Shown: piece after piece, positions 1 through 7,428 of the stretch
Position numbering within the stretch: position 1 is the stretch's first letter
How the letters are laid out: each line of letters starts with the position of its first letter
Source: a virus
Lineage: Duplodnaviria > Caudoviricetes
Length of the DNA: 64,000 nucleotides
Virus record (IMG/VR): IMGVR_UViG_3300033066_002242
Coordinates: 1 to 64,000 of that record
Reading direction: 5' to 3' (one strand)
The notes under the pieces: generated by a model
What the model was told of the DNA's origin: nothing
Databases searched by the model: none
The model's input: the letters and a program-made list of their open reading frames with translations, nothing else
Program-made: the position numbers and the translations under genes

Positions 1-396
1 TTCGTGTCTCCGGTAGGCGTTGACGCCTGCACCGATGCCGACCCCAATAGCCGCGCCAATCAAGGCGCCGACGGCCGATCTGGCAGGGGCTTTGGCTCGA
101 CTGGCAGCGGCCAAGTCTGCCCGAACGGCTGCGGACACACGCTCTCCGTGGTCTACGATCCCGGAAACGTCAGCACCCGTTGTACCTAAGAGCCCAAGTA
201 TCTTGAGGTTCTTTCTCCAAGAACTCTGCGGAGTGAAGAACGGAGCTATTGCATGGGCGTCAGCCTTCTCCAGGATGTGAGGAGCGTACCACGCCCCCCC
301 TGCCGCGCCCGCAGCAGCCAAGGGCATCGTTATTCCCAACCCACTGCCTGCCTGGTCCGAGGCCAGCTTGGTCATTTCGTCAAAAAAGGGGTTCAT
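1..396 (-). CDS. Leader-family putative internal virion protein with two Gly-zipper segments (3' truncated; absent from ORF track)
   Basis: Manual translation from ATG at 396: MNPFFDEMTKLAS...PLAAAGAAGGAWY...AVGALIGAAIGVGIGAGVNAYRRHE, open to the window edge; AGGAG RBS upstream. Confidence 0.85.
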   Translation of the reverse strand, partial: MNPFFDEMTKLASDQAGSGLGITMPLAAAGAAGGAWYAPHILEKADAHAIAPFFTPQSSWRKNLKILGLLGTTGADVSGIVDHGERVSAAVRADLAAASRAKAPARSAVGALIGAAIGVGIGAGVNAYRRHE

Positions 397-399
397 GGC

Positions 400-882
400 C
401 TACTCCTGTCCGGAAAAGCGCCGACCTATGGCCGCGCCAACAACGTGACCAGTGTACGCGCCGCCAAGGGCGCCTGCAAATCCAAGAGCAGTCGCAACGC
501 CGGATGCGTGGGGCATGAGCGCCGCCGTAAACACTGGGGATATCTTGGCAGCTTCATAGAAACCTTTGCGCATCACCTCGCCCGCCTGACGACCCTCGGC
601 GTACGTGCCTTTCGCAGCTGCTTCCCGGAAGCCCGCCCGCATCTTCGCGAGAACCTCCTCCTTGGGCTTGGGCTTTTTCATGCCCATCAGAAAACGCTCC
701 GTCTTGGAGGCGTTGTCATACGCCAGGTTGTCGCGGTACAGACCGTCACGTGCTAGCACCTCGCTCACCAACCGGGGGTTGCCCAAGGCGTAGTGCGCGC
801 CGTACATGCCCGCAGACGCTCCGGCCACAGACCCCATCAGCCCGCCCATCTGTTCGTGGGCGCCACGACGTGAATCGCTCAT
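400..882 (-). CDS. Gly-zipper membrane-type protein, putative virion cargo
   Basis: GGLMGSVAGASAGMYGA and ALGFAGALGGAYTGHVVGAAIG segments; tightly packed in operon. Confidence 0.75.
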   Translation of the reverse strand: MSDSRRGAHEQMGGLMGSVAGASAGMYGAHYALGNPRLVSEVLARDGLYRDNLAYDNASKTERFLMGMKKPKPKEEVLAKMRAGFREAAAKGTYAEGRQAGEVMRKGFYEAAKISPVFTAALMPHASGVATALGFAGALGGAYTGHVVGAAIGRRFSGQE

Positions 883-885
883 GGT

Positions 886-1743
886 TCAAATCCTCGAAAG
901 CAACAGAGTTTGTTGGGGCAGCGGCAGGCTTTCCAGCACCGCCTTGGCTTCTGCCGGGTGACCGTTCACGGCCTTGCCGATATCTTCCCCAAGCATGCGG
1001 TCGATAGGCAGCGCGAGGATGGATTCGATCGGCACTTCACGGCCGGCCAGGCGGATCATCAGGCTGGAGGCCAGCGCTTGCTTGGTAATCCAGGCGTCGT
1101 GGTAGAAATCCCAACCCTGGAAGCGCAGGCCTGAAGCCTCGTCCAGCTTGCGCACCGTCTCGGAGACATTGCACGCTTGGGCGGAGGTGATGCCGGCGGT
1201 CTTCTCCAGGGCATCGCCGATATCCCCGTAGCCGAAGCCGGGGCACAGCACTTCACGCTGGTACAGGGCGGCGCGAGCGTAGTCATCGTGGAATTCGTCA
1301 CCGCCGCCAAGACGGCGCACCGTGGCGGACTTCACCAGGTCGCCGTAGCGTGCCACCAGGTTGCGGGCCGCCGCAGAGGCCGCATCGAGGTTCGGGGCCA
1401 AACCGCACAGGGAGTCTTCGATCAGGTGCTCGGCCTGCTTGACCATGCTCTCGTCGGAGGAGGCCTGCTTGGTAAGCACTTCGGTGTTGGACAGCATCTG
1501 GTCAGCCGCAGCCTTGACCATGTCTCCGGCGTGGTGCAGGGCGACGGCCATCTGGATGCGGGCGTAGTCTTCCTGGTGCATGGGCTGGTGGGCGATCTTG
1601 AGCAGGTACTCTGCTTTCAGCGCAGAAACCACGGCGTCATCGCGGGTGTACACCGGGAAGGATTCTTCCAGGGAGGCCTGCTTGACCAGGGGTGCGATCT
1701 CAGGCACCAGCAGCAACACGTTGCGAAGGATGGAAGGTGTCAT
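886..1743 (-). CDS. KxA-rich putative head/core protein
   Basis: Eight hydrophobic-x-K-x-A motifs; GAGG RBS before ATG 1743. Confidence 0.7.
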   Translation of the reverse strand: MTPSILRNVLLLVPEIAPLVKQASLEESFPVYTRDDAVVSALKAEYLLKIAHQPMHQEDYARIQMAVALHHAGDMVKAAADQMLSNTEVLTKQASSDESMVKQAEHLIEDSLCGLAPNLDAASAAARNLVARYGDLVKSATVRRLGGGDEFHDDYARAALYQREVLCPGFGYGDIGDALEKTAGITSAQACNVSETVRKLDEASGLRFQGWDFYHDAWITKQALASSLMIRLAGREVPIESILALPIDRMLGEDIGKAVNGHPAEAKAVLESLPLPQQTLLLSRI

Positions 1744-1751
1744 GGATAACC

Positions 1752-2684
1752 TCAACGACTCATCATGGGCAGGAACATCGGGCCGTACTTCAGGGCAGAG
1801 TCCATGGACTGGACGCCGAGGGTGCGGTTGTGGGAGCGCTGCTCCTGCAGGTGGTTTTTGGACAGGATCATGCTGACGGCGGCTGCCTCCGGATCCGGGC
1901 CATTGGCAATGTCGTCCAGAGCGCGGTTAGCGGCTTGGCGCGCCTTCTCGGCCTTGTACGCGGACTGGGCCGCCAGCGCACCGCTGCCGAGGGCGCCGAA
2001 CAGGGCGAAGTTGCGGGCAGGAGCCGACATGCCGCGCATGTACTTCAGCACCGGCTTCTCGAAGGCCTCGACAGGCGCGCTGTGAATCATTTTGTCGCCA
2101 GCGGCAAGGCCCAGCTCCGGGATATCTGCCGGGGTATGCAGGTGGCCTCCGCCAGGCAGGTATGCGTAGTAGTGCAGCGGGCGGGGGTCCGGAGTACGAC
2201 CACCAACCCACCTGCCTTCGTGGAACAGCTTGCCAACCCCTTCACGCAGTCCATGGTTGAACAGCTTTTTCGTAACACCGGGCTTGATGCGGATGGACAG
2301 CGAGCGTGCCTGGTTGGCGGTCAGGGGGGCAACGCCTAAAGCGTTGCGGGCAGTGTCGCTGATCGACGGGTGGGCGGCGATATCGGCGTTCAGCCTGGCC
2401 AGCAACTCTCCCTGGTGCTGCGGAGAGGTGCCGAGCATGGAGCCGACGGTGAACCCCATGCCAGCGCCCATGGCCGCGTTGGAGATCACGCCGCCCGACC
2501 GCTCCCCGAGGGATTTCTTCTTGAGACGGGAATCCGGGTCCGCTGCGTACCCCTTCAGGAAGTTCACCTTGTCACGCATCGACACCTGGTCGAAGGCGGG
2601 GTTGGTAATCACGTCCAGCACGTCGCCGTGGCCATAGTCTTGAGCGTGGCGTTGGCCTCGGAGCAGCAGGTCGGAATCGGTCAT
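1752..2684 (-). CDS. Gly-zipper-containing putative virion protein
   Basis: AAMGAGMGFTVGSMLG and FALFGALGSGALAA segments; first gene of leftward unit. Confidence 0.7.
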   Translation of the reverse strand: MTDSDLLLRGQRHAQDYGHGDVLDVITNPAFDQVSMRDKVNFLKGYAADPDSRLKKKSLGERSGGVISNAAMGAGMGFTVGSMLGTSPQHQGELLARLNADIAAHPSISDTARNALGVAPLTANQARSLSIRIKPGVTKKLFNHGLREGVGKLFHEGRWVGGRTPDPRPLHYYAYLPGGGHLHTPADIPELGLAAGDKMIHSAPVEAFEKPVLKYMRGMSAPARNFALFGALGSGALAAQSAYKAEKARQAANRALDDIANGPDPEAAAVSMILSKNHLQEQRSHNRTLGVQSMDSALKYGPMFLPMMSR

Positions 2685-2723
2685 GGACAGCAGTCCTGAA
2701 ATGGGGTTGGAGATATCGGCTCT

Positions 2724-2731
2724 AGTTTAGC
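2724..2731 (-). promoter_or_regulatory. Candidate late promoter -10 element (GCTAAACT)
   Basis: 40 nt upstream of ATG 2684; TAAA[AC]T recurs upstream of other minus-strand genes. Confidence 0.5.
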
Positions 2732-2854
2732 CCAGCCACGCCGGGTCGGGTAGGGATTTGCGGCTGCGCTCCCATCTACGGTTGCCGGGAGGAAGGGTGA
2801 CCACGATCAGGCTCCGAAAAGCTCTGGATGCCGCTTTTCCTGGCCGGAGAGGGC

Positions 2855-3205
2855 CTGCTACAAGAACTACAAAAAAACCATCAACTACTACAAAAAAAAG
2901 TAGCAGCTGAAATCGTTGCAGCACAAGGGCTGGGAGCGGATAAATACTCTCTTACTACTACTACTATTACTTTTATTTAAATATATATATAAGAAAGAAT
3001 AACCTACCATTTTACAAGGTCTTTTAATGCGAATGATTCTCATTTAGAGGGGAGGGGAAAAACGTGTATCTTATATAGTGTTTAATTTTTTTTTGTAGTT
3101 CCTGTAGTTCTAGTAGCAAATCGTCTGCAGCCCTTGCGCTGCAACGGTTTCAGGTACTATTTTTTTGGTTTTGGAAATGTAGCAGAACTACAAAAATGTA
3201 GCACC
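2855..3205. other. Putative replication origin: AT-rich core bracketed by 26-bp inverted repeats, with ACTAC/GTAG iterons
   Basis: 2907-2932 and 3128-3153 are reverse complements at 24/26 positions; many ACTAC(A)/(T)GTAG units in both orientations; very AT-rich 2940-3100. Confidence 0.6.
3026..3044. promoter_or_regulatory. Fur-box-like 9-1-9 palindrome
   Basis: AATGCGAAT-G-ATTCTCATT, one mismatch from a perfect AATGAGAATnATTCTCATT. Confidence 0.5.
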
Positions 3206-3303
3206 CACCCACCAACTCCTAAAAGGACCCCGAAATGGCTGATCATTTTCTGAGCATTTGATTTGGCTATTTTTTAGGCTAAAACCGATTCCCTTCTCTA
3301 TAT

Positions 3304-3429
3304 CGCGTGCGCGCGCCCGCATTGGTATCTTTTCGCGATGATTTAGCTGCCCGGAAAACTCACCCCTTCACAGCGTGCGATACCTGTGATAACCGCGCGC
3401 GCGCCCGCCCGCATTGGTATCTTTCCGCG
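3304..3429. repeat. Two 23-bp direct repeats, each preceded by a (CG)n tract
   Basis: GCCCGCATTGGTATCTTTYCGCG at 3315-3337 and 3407-3429. Confidence 0.85.
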
Positions 3430-3456
3430 TTGAACATTTTTTGACCAGGCGCTCCG

Positions 3457-3742
3457 TGTCCGAAAATCACAATTCCCACACAGACTGTGCGGTCTATTTG
3501 TCCGAAAATCACAATTGTTGACTAATTCACTCAACTACTCCGTGTCCGAAAATCACAATTCCCACACAGCGCGTGTGGTCTACTTGCTCACAAAGTGTGC
3601 TGCACGTCTCGCCCGAAGCCGTGGGAATGATTCTCATCCGCATTGACGTGGCGTGGTCATGTCCGAAAATCACAACTCCCACATGCTTTGTGTGGTCAAT
3701 ATGTCCGAAAATCACAATTTCCTACCAAATCACTCAACTACT
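3457..3742. repeat. Five 16-bp iteron-like direct repeats TGTCCGAAAATCACAA
   Basis: Exact copies start at 3457, 3499, 3543, 3660 and 3702. Confidence 0.9.
3620..3638. promoter_or_regulatory. Second Fur-box-like site
   Basis: Shares the core GAATGATTCTCAT with the 3026 site. Confidence 0.4.
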
Positions 3743-3804
3743 GCGCCATAGCCGACTTGGCCCTTTGCTCAGCATCTCCATAGCTTTTAGCTATGGCGGA
3801 CTCC

Positions 3805-3861
3805 TCAATTCCGACCCCGCGAATGGGTATAAGTTTTACAGAGAAGAACCATACCGGTTCT
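3805..3861 (+). promoter_or_regulatory. Early promoter repeat copy 1 with leader hairpin
   Basis: TCAATT-N15-GGTATAAG, then AGAACC-atacc-GGTTCT. Confidence 0.85.
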
Positions 3862-3879
3862 GACTTTTGGAGGTGTGCC

Positions 3880-4140
3880 ATGGGCACTCGGTACCTAGTG
3901 TCCCGAAAGGACATCGAGGAAAATCTCCGCCTCACCGTCGAGAAGACGGGAGTGGAGTACTACGGCTACGACGAGGAGGGAGAAGTCGTAGGCATTGAGG
4001 CCTTGAACGGATTCAAGGTCGCCATTGACGGGTGGCTGTTTGAGAGCCACTTCGGGATGTGGTTCATGGGCCCAGAGGTCGGCAAGCCCGACCTCGACGC
4101 CTTTTTGAAAGCCCACGGCGTCAAGCCGGACTGGTGCTAA
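3880..4140 (+). CDS. Hypothetical early protein (acidic)
   Basis: GGAGG RBS before ATG 3880; lies between promoter and terminator. Confidence 0.85.
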   Translation: MGTRYLVSRKDIEENLRLTVEKTGVEYYGYDEEGEVVGIEALNGFKVAIDGWLFESHFGMWFMGPEVGKPDLDAFLKAHGVKPDWC

Positions 4141-4145
4141 ACCAC

Positions 4146-4169
4146 GGCCCATGGATGGGCCTTTTCTTT
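4146..4169 (+). terminator. Intrinsic terminator
   Basis: GGCCCA-tgga-TGGGCC followed by T tract. Confidence 0.8.
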
Positions 4170-4181
4170 ACCCCGAAATCT

Positions 4182-4236
4182 TCAATTCCACCCCTGCGAA
4201 TCGGTATAAGTTTTATAGAGAAGGGCAATAACGCCC
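4182..4236 (+). promoter_or_regulatory. Early promoter repeat copy 2
   Basis: TCAATT-N15-GGTATAAG, then GGGC-aataac-GCCC. Confidence 0.85.
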
Positions 4237-4258
4237 ATACATACTCGGAGAAATTCTC

Positions 4259-4750
4259 ATGAACACACTGACAAGCTTCAAGCATGAAGGCGTGCGTTTT
4301 ACCCGTACCAGCGAGGGAACCTTCGCGGACGGCGTCCTCATTCGCGCCGATATGGGCATGGATTCGGACAACGATACCTGGCGGCGCTGGGCCAAGCGGG
4401 CCTACCGCCATGACCAGTGGAAAAAAAGCATGGACGCTGGCAAGGCGGCCGCCCTGCAGCAACTCGCAGACCGCGAGAACGCCAAGTGGGCGAGCCTGGA
4501 TGAGGAGGAGAAGGGCATCATGGTCAAGGCTGCTGCCATCCAGCGCAAGCTGGACGCTTGGGAGGAGTCCCGCGCGGTGGGTCTGGTGTCATCTCTGCCT
4601 CTGACCGTTCGCACTCATAATGCGCTGACCAAGGCTGGCATCTTGGAGATCAGCGACCTGGCGGCAAAGACGGACCTGGAGCTGCTGAAGCTCCCTGACA
4701 TGGGTCGCAAGTCCCTGCTGGAGGTCCGGGACGCCATCGCCGCGCTTTGA
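4259..4750 (+). CDS. Protein with C-terminal RNA polymerase alpha-CTD-like domain
   Basis: LPLTVRTHNAL...ISDL...ELLKLPDMGRKSLLEVRD aligns with RpoA LELTVRSANCL...IGDL...ELLKTPNLGKKSLTEIKD. Confidence 0.85.
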   Translation: MNTLTSFKHEGVRFTRTSEGTFADGVLIRADMGMDSDNDTWRRWAKRAYRHDQWKKSMDAGKAAALQQLADRENAKWASLDEEEKGIMVKAAAIQRKLDAWEESRAVGLVSSLPLTVRTHNALTKAGILEISDLAAKTDLELLKLPDMGRKSLLEVRDAIAAL

Positions 4751-4756
4751 AGAACT

Positions 4757-4780
4757 GGCCCCTGGATGGGCCTTTTCTTT
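4757..4780 (+). terminator. Intrinsic terminator
   Basis: Near-identical to the 4146 hairpin plus T tract. Confidence 0.75.
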
Positions 4781-4792
4781 ACCCCGAAATCC

Positions 4793-4850
4793 TCAATTCC
4801 ACCCCTCCGAATGGGTATAAGTTTTACAGAGAAGAACCCTATCGGTTCTT
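4793..4850 (+). promoter_or_regulatory. Early promoter repeat copy 3
   Basis: TCAATT-N15-GGTATAAG, then AAGAACC-ctatc-GGTTCTT. Confidence 0.85.
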
Positions 4851-4868
4851 GCGTTGAGGAGCCAGGTC

Positions 4869-5513
4869 ATGAACCCGGAGCTTGCTTTTGATGTAGCCCG
4901 GGAAGCCATGCTGGCTCTCGGGTTTGAGGTGGTGGACAAGGGAATGCCTACCTTCGCTATTCATGAGTCCCTGCGCGGTGGCGGTTCAGGGGTGTATAAC
5001 CGTATTGAGCACAGCGTTAAAGTCGCTGCTCAGTACTTCAAGGGAGCCGATGGCTGGTCTACGTTGGTACACGAAATGTGCCACGCCCAACAGTCAGAGG
5101 CAGTCCTCGACCATGGCCCCTGCTACTACCTGCAGGACGGGTCAATGGACTACCGCTTGTACTGCGAGTCCTTGGCTGAATGCCAGGCGCGCGCCGTACA
5201 GGCGACACTGGACCACGGGGTGGACCTGGTCCGTGATGTCATCGACATGGCGGGTGGAGTGCAGGCCGCCGACGTGCTGTGGACTGGCATCCGCGCGCTG
5301 AAAAAGGCGTACGGTGACCAGGCCATGGACGTCCTGATGGACCTCGTCCAGGTCACGGGCGCCCGCGGCAAGGCACTGTGGTATTGGTGCATGTGGGCCC
5401 ACGACGCCAAGCGCGACGGCTTGTCCAAAGCGGGCAAGCCTGAGCACCTGGCGGTGTCGGTCCGCAAAGGCCTCAACGCCAGGATGGCGGGGGCGTACGG
5501 GGTACGGAAGTAA
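4869..5513 (+). CDS. Zincin-like (HExxH) metallopeptidase-fold protein
   Basis: GVY...STLVHEMCHAQQ with a downstream E(CQA); GAGGAG RBS. Confidence 0.65.
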   Translation: MNPELAFDVAREAMLALGFEVVDKGMPTFAIHESLRGGGSGVYNRIEHSVKVAAQYFKGADGWSTLVHEMCHAQQSEAVLDHGPCYYLQDGSMDYRLYCESLAECQARAVQATLDHGVDLVRDVIDMAGGVQAADVLWTGIRALKKAYGDQAMDVLMDLVQVTGARGKALWYWCMWAHDAKRDGLSKAGKPEHLAVSVRKGLNARMAGAYGVRK

Positions 5514-5519
5514 CAACAC

Positions 5520-5540
5520 AGGCCCTTCGGGGCCTTTTTT
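5520..5540 (+). terminator. Intrinsic terminator
   Basis: AGGCCC-TTCG-GGGCCT-TTTTT. Confidence 0.9.
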
Positions 5541-5544
5541 ACAG

Positions 5545-5599
5545 TCAATTCCGACCCCCCGAATCGGTATAAGTTTTATAGAGAAGGGCACTATCGCCC
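5545..5599 (+). promoter_or_regulatory. Early promoter repeat copy 4
   Basis: TCAATT-N15-GGTATAAG, then GGGC-actatc-GCCC. Confidence 0.85.
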
Positions 5600-5619
5600 A
5601 TACCAATTGGAGAATTCTC

Positions 5620-5985
5620 ATGAAGCTCGAACAACTCCATTACGACGGCGTCAAAGCCGTCATCGAAGGCATCCACGCCGGCAACGGCATGGCCCCTGAA
5701 AAGGCCATTGAACTGGCGGAGAAGGTGCGCCGCTTGGCGCGCCACCAGATGCTAATGAACACCGTGGACGCCGATGCGGCCATGAGTGCCCAGCGTGACG
5801 CATCCTTCGCTCTTAACCAGGCAAAGGACTTCATGGAAGACTACGACCGCGGCCCCCGCTCTCAAGAGGAGTATGAGGAGTGGGCTGCTATCCCCAAGCA
5901 CGTCCTCTGGTCGTGCGTCCGCTCCATCTACGCATCCCTGCGGTCCGCCCCGGAAGGCGAAGTCATCTTCGCCACCCTGTTCTAA
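5620..5985 (+). CDS. Hypothetical early protein
   Basis: GGAG RBS; flanked by promoter and terminator. Confidence 0.85.
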   Translation: MKLEQLHYDGVKAVIEGIHAGNGMAPEKAIELAEKVRRLARHQMLMNTVDADAAMSAQRDASFALNQAKDFMEDYDRGPRSQEEYEEWAAIPKHVLWSCVRSIYASLRSAPEGEVIFATLF

Positions 5986-5991
5986 CCCCCC

Positions 5992-6012
5992 GCCCCCTCG
6001 GGGGCATTTTTT
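5992..6012 (+). terminator. Intrinsic terminator
   Basis: GCCCC-ctcg-GGGGC followed by T tract. Confidence 0.75.
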
Positions 6013-6052
6013 AGCCTGAAACAAGGTACAAGCCTTTGTGGAAAAACCCACA
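6010..6052 (+). promoter_or_regulatory. Variant early promoter (TTTAGC-N9-GGTACAAG) with leader hairpin
   Basis: Same spacing as the 18431 site; TGTGG-aaaaac-CCACA hairpin follows. Confidence 0.55.
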
Positions 6053-6072
6053 CACCAATTGAGGAATAAAAC

Positions 6073-6642
6073 ATGAACGTAGTCACCTTCACCCCCGCTT
6101 CAATCTCCACCCGCAGCCCCTGGTTCACCGTATTCCCGGAACTGGACCGCCTCAAGGCCGACATCGGTCACCTGTTCCCATTCACTCCTGTCCCGGTGGC
6201 GTCCATCGTCCCCGAGTACGGGGCCCTGACCGCCATCTGGACCCTCCGGGCCTCGGAGGCAGATCCTGCCAAGGTGCTCCACAGCCTGCTGGACGCAGGG
6301 TGGGGCTACCTGCTGACCAAGGACTGCCTCATCGGCACCCAGGCGCAAGTCCTCATACAGTCCCTGTACGGGGTTGGCGGCCTGCAGCGGACTGAAGGGC
6401 TGTATGAGAAGGTCCGTGCAGAGTACGAATCGTTGGGCCCTATGCAACGGAAGGACCCGGAGAAGTACGAGTTGCTGGCCAAGTTCTACAGGGCTTGCCT
6501 GGAGGCGTGCCGTGCGCACCCTTCCAGGAGCTATGCAGGGCCTGACAGCAACGCCATGACTTGGGACGGCGTGTACAACGCCGCCTTCGAGATCAACCGT
6601 CTGCACGACGGACTGATCTCCAGGGTTCTGGAATCCCGGTAG
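6073..6642 (+). CDS. Hypothetical protein
   Basis: GAGG RBS; terminator follows. Confidence 0.85.
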   Translation: MNVVTFTPASISTRSPWFTVFPELDRLKADIGHLFPFTPVPVASIVPEYGALTAIWTLRASEADPAKVLHSLLDAGWGYLLTKDCLIGTQAQVLIQSLYGVGGLQRTEGLYEKVRAEYESLGPMQRKDPEKYELLAKFYRACLEACRAHPSRSYAGPDSNAMTWDGVYNAAFEINRLHDGLISRVLESR

Positions 6643-6647
6643 CCCCC

Positions 6648-6676
6648 GCCCCGCCGAGTGGCGGGGCTTTCTTTTT
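6648..6676 (+). terminator. Intrinsic terminator
   Basis: GCCCCGCC-gagt-GGCGGGGC followed by T tract. Confidence 0.85.
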
Positions 6677-6688
6677 ACGGAGAAAACC

Positions 6689-6973
6689 ATGCCCAACTCT
6701 TTCCGTGGCAACTCGGAATCCGTGCTGCTGGCACAGCTGACCCTGCTGCACATCCTTACCGAACAGGAGGACTACCTCACCACTTCCAAGCTGGTGAAGG
6801 CCATGGAAGACAGAGGGGTCCCGGTCTCCCTGCGCCGTATCCAGCGCTACATGAACACCTTCGTCTTTATGGGTCTGGCACGTGTCCTGCCGGGAGATGC
6901 CCGTACCAACTACGGCGGCCGACGATATGTGAAGTCCGGCAAGCTGGCCTTGATCTGGGAGCCTGAGTCATGA
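6689..6973 (+). CDS. Stand-alone winged-helix DNA-binding protein resembling the N-terminal HTH of WYL regulators
   Basis: QLTLLHIL...LTTSKLVKAMEDRGVPVSLRRIQRYM. Confidence 0.65.
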   Translation: MPNSFRGNSESVLLAQLTLLHILTEQEDYLTTSKLVKAMEDRGVPVSLRRIQRYMNTFVFMGLARVLPGDARTNYGGRRYVKSGKLALIWEPES

Positions 6974-7428
6974 GCCACACCAGTTTTCCTGCCTGGATGG
7001 AGCCTTGCTTGACGGTGCGCAAGGGCGACGTTGCACTGGTCAACCTGTCTCCGGAAGCACTGGCGAAGGCAAGGACACTGGCCAACGTTGACCAGGAGCC
7101 CCGCAACCGGCTGTCCCGCAAGAACGTGCGGCGCAGCGTCATGCACTACTGGAACGCCATCCCCTACGCCTGCCTGACAGGCCCCTACGACCCGGACCGT
7201 CGGGACGTCTACTGGAAGAAGCGCAGCGACCGCCTGACCTTGCAACCGCGACTATGGCCTAACCGCCACGGTATCCGCGCGGTGGCCAAGCCCTTGGGAT
7301 GGAACTGGGCCAAGGTGCGCGCCAACATCGAGTTCAACCTGGAATACGAACGCCGCCACTCCCCTGAAACCCCCTTTCAACGCCTGGACCGCATCCAGGC
7401 ATCACTTGCCTCGGTAGAAACCCCATGA
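6970..7428 (+). CDS. Hypothetical protein
   Basis: ATGA-coupled on both sides. Confidence 0.75.
   Translation: MSHTSFPAWMEPCLTVRKGDVALVNLSPEALAKARTLANVDQEPRNRLSRKNVRRSVMHYWNAIPYACLTGPYDPDRRDVYWKKRSDRLTLQPRLWPNRHGIRAVAKPLGWNWAKVRANIEFNLEYERRHSPETPFQRLDRIQASLASVETP

Noticed and set aside
3457-3742. Mini CRISPR array
   Set aside because: Repeats are only 16-18 bp, the spacers repeat one another, spacing is irregular and there are no cas genes.
4248-4260. GAGAAATTCTCAT (and GGAGAATTCTCAT at 5609) as extra Fur boxes
   Set aside because: Spacing between half-sites is wrong; explained by RBS plus start codon.
3805-5599. Integron attC sites or CRISPR repeats between genes
   Set aside because: No GTTRRRY/RYYYAAC ends and no integrase; the repeats parse as terminator + promoter + RBS.
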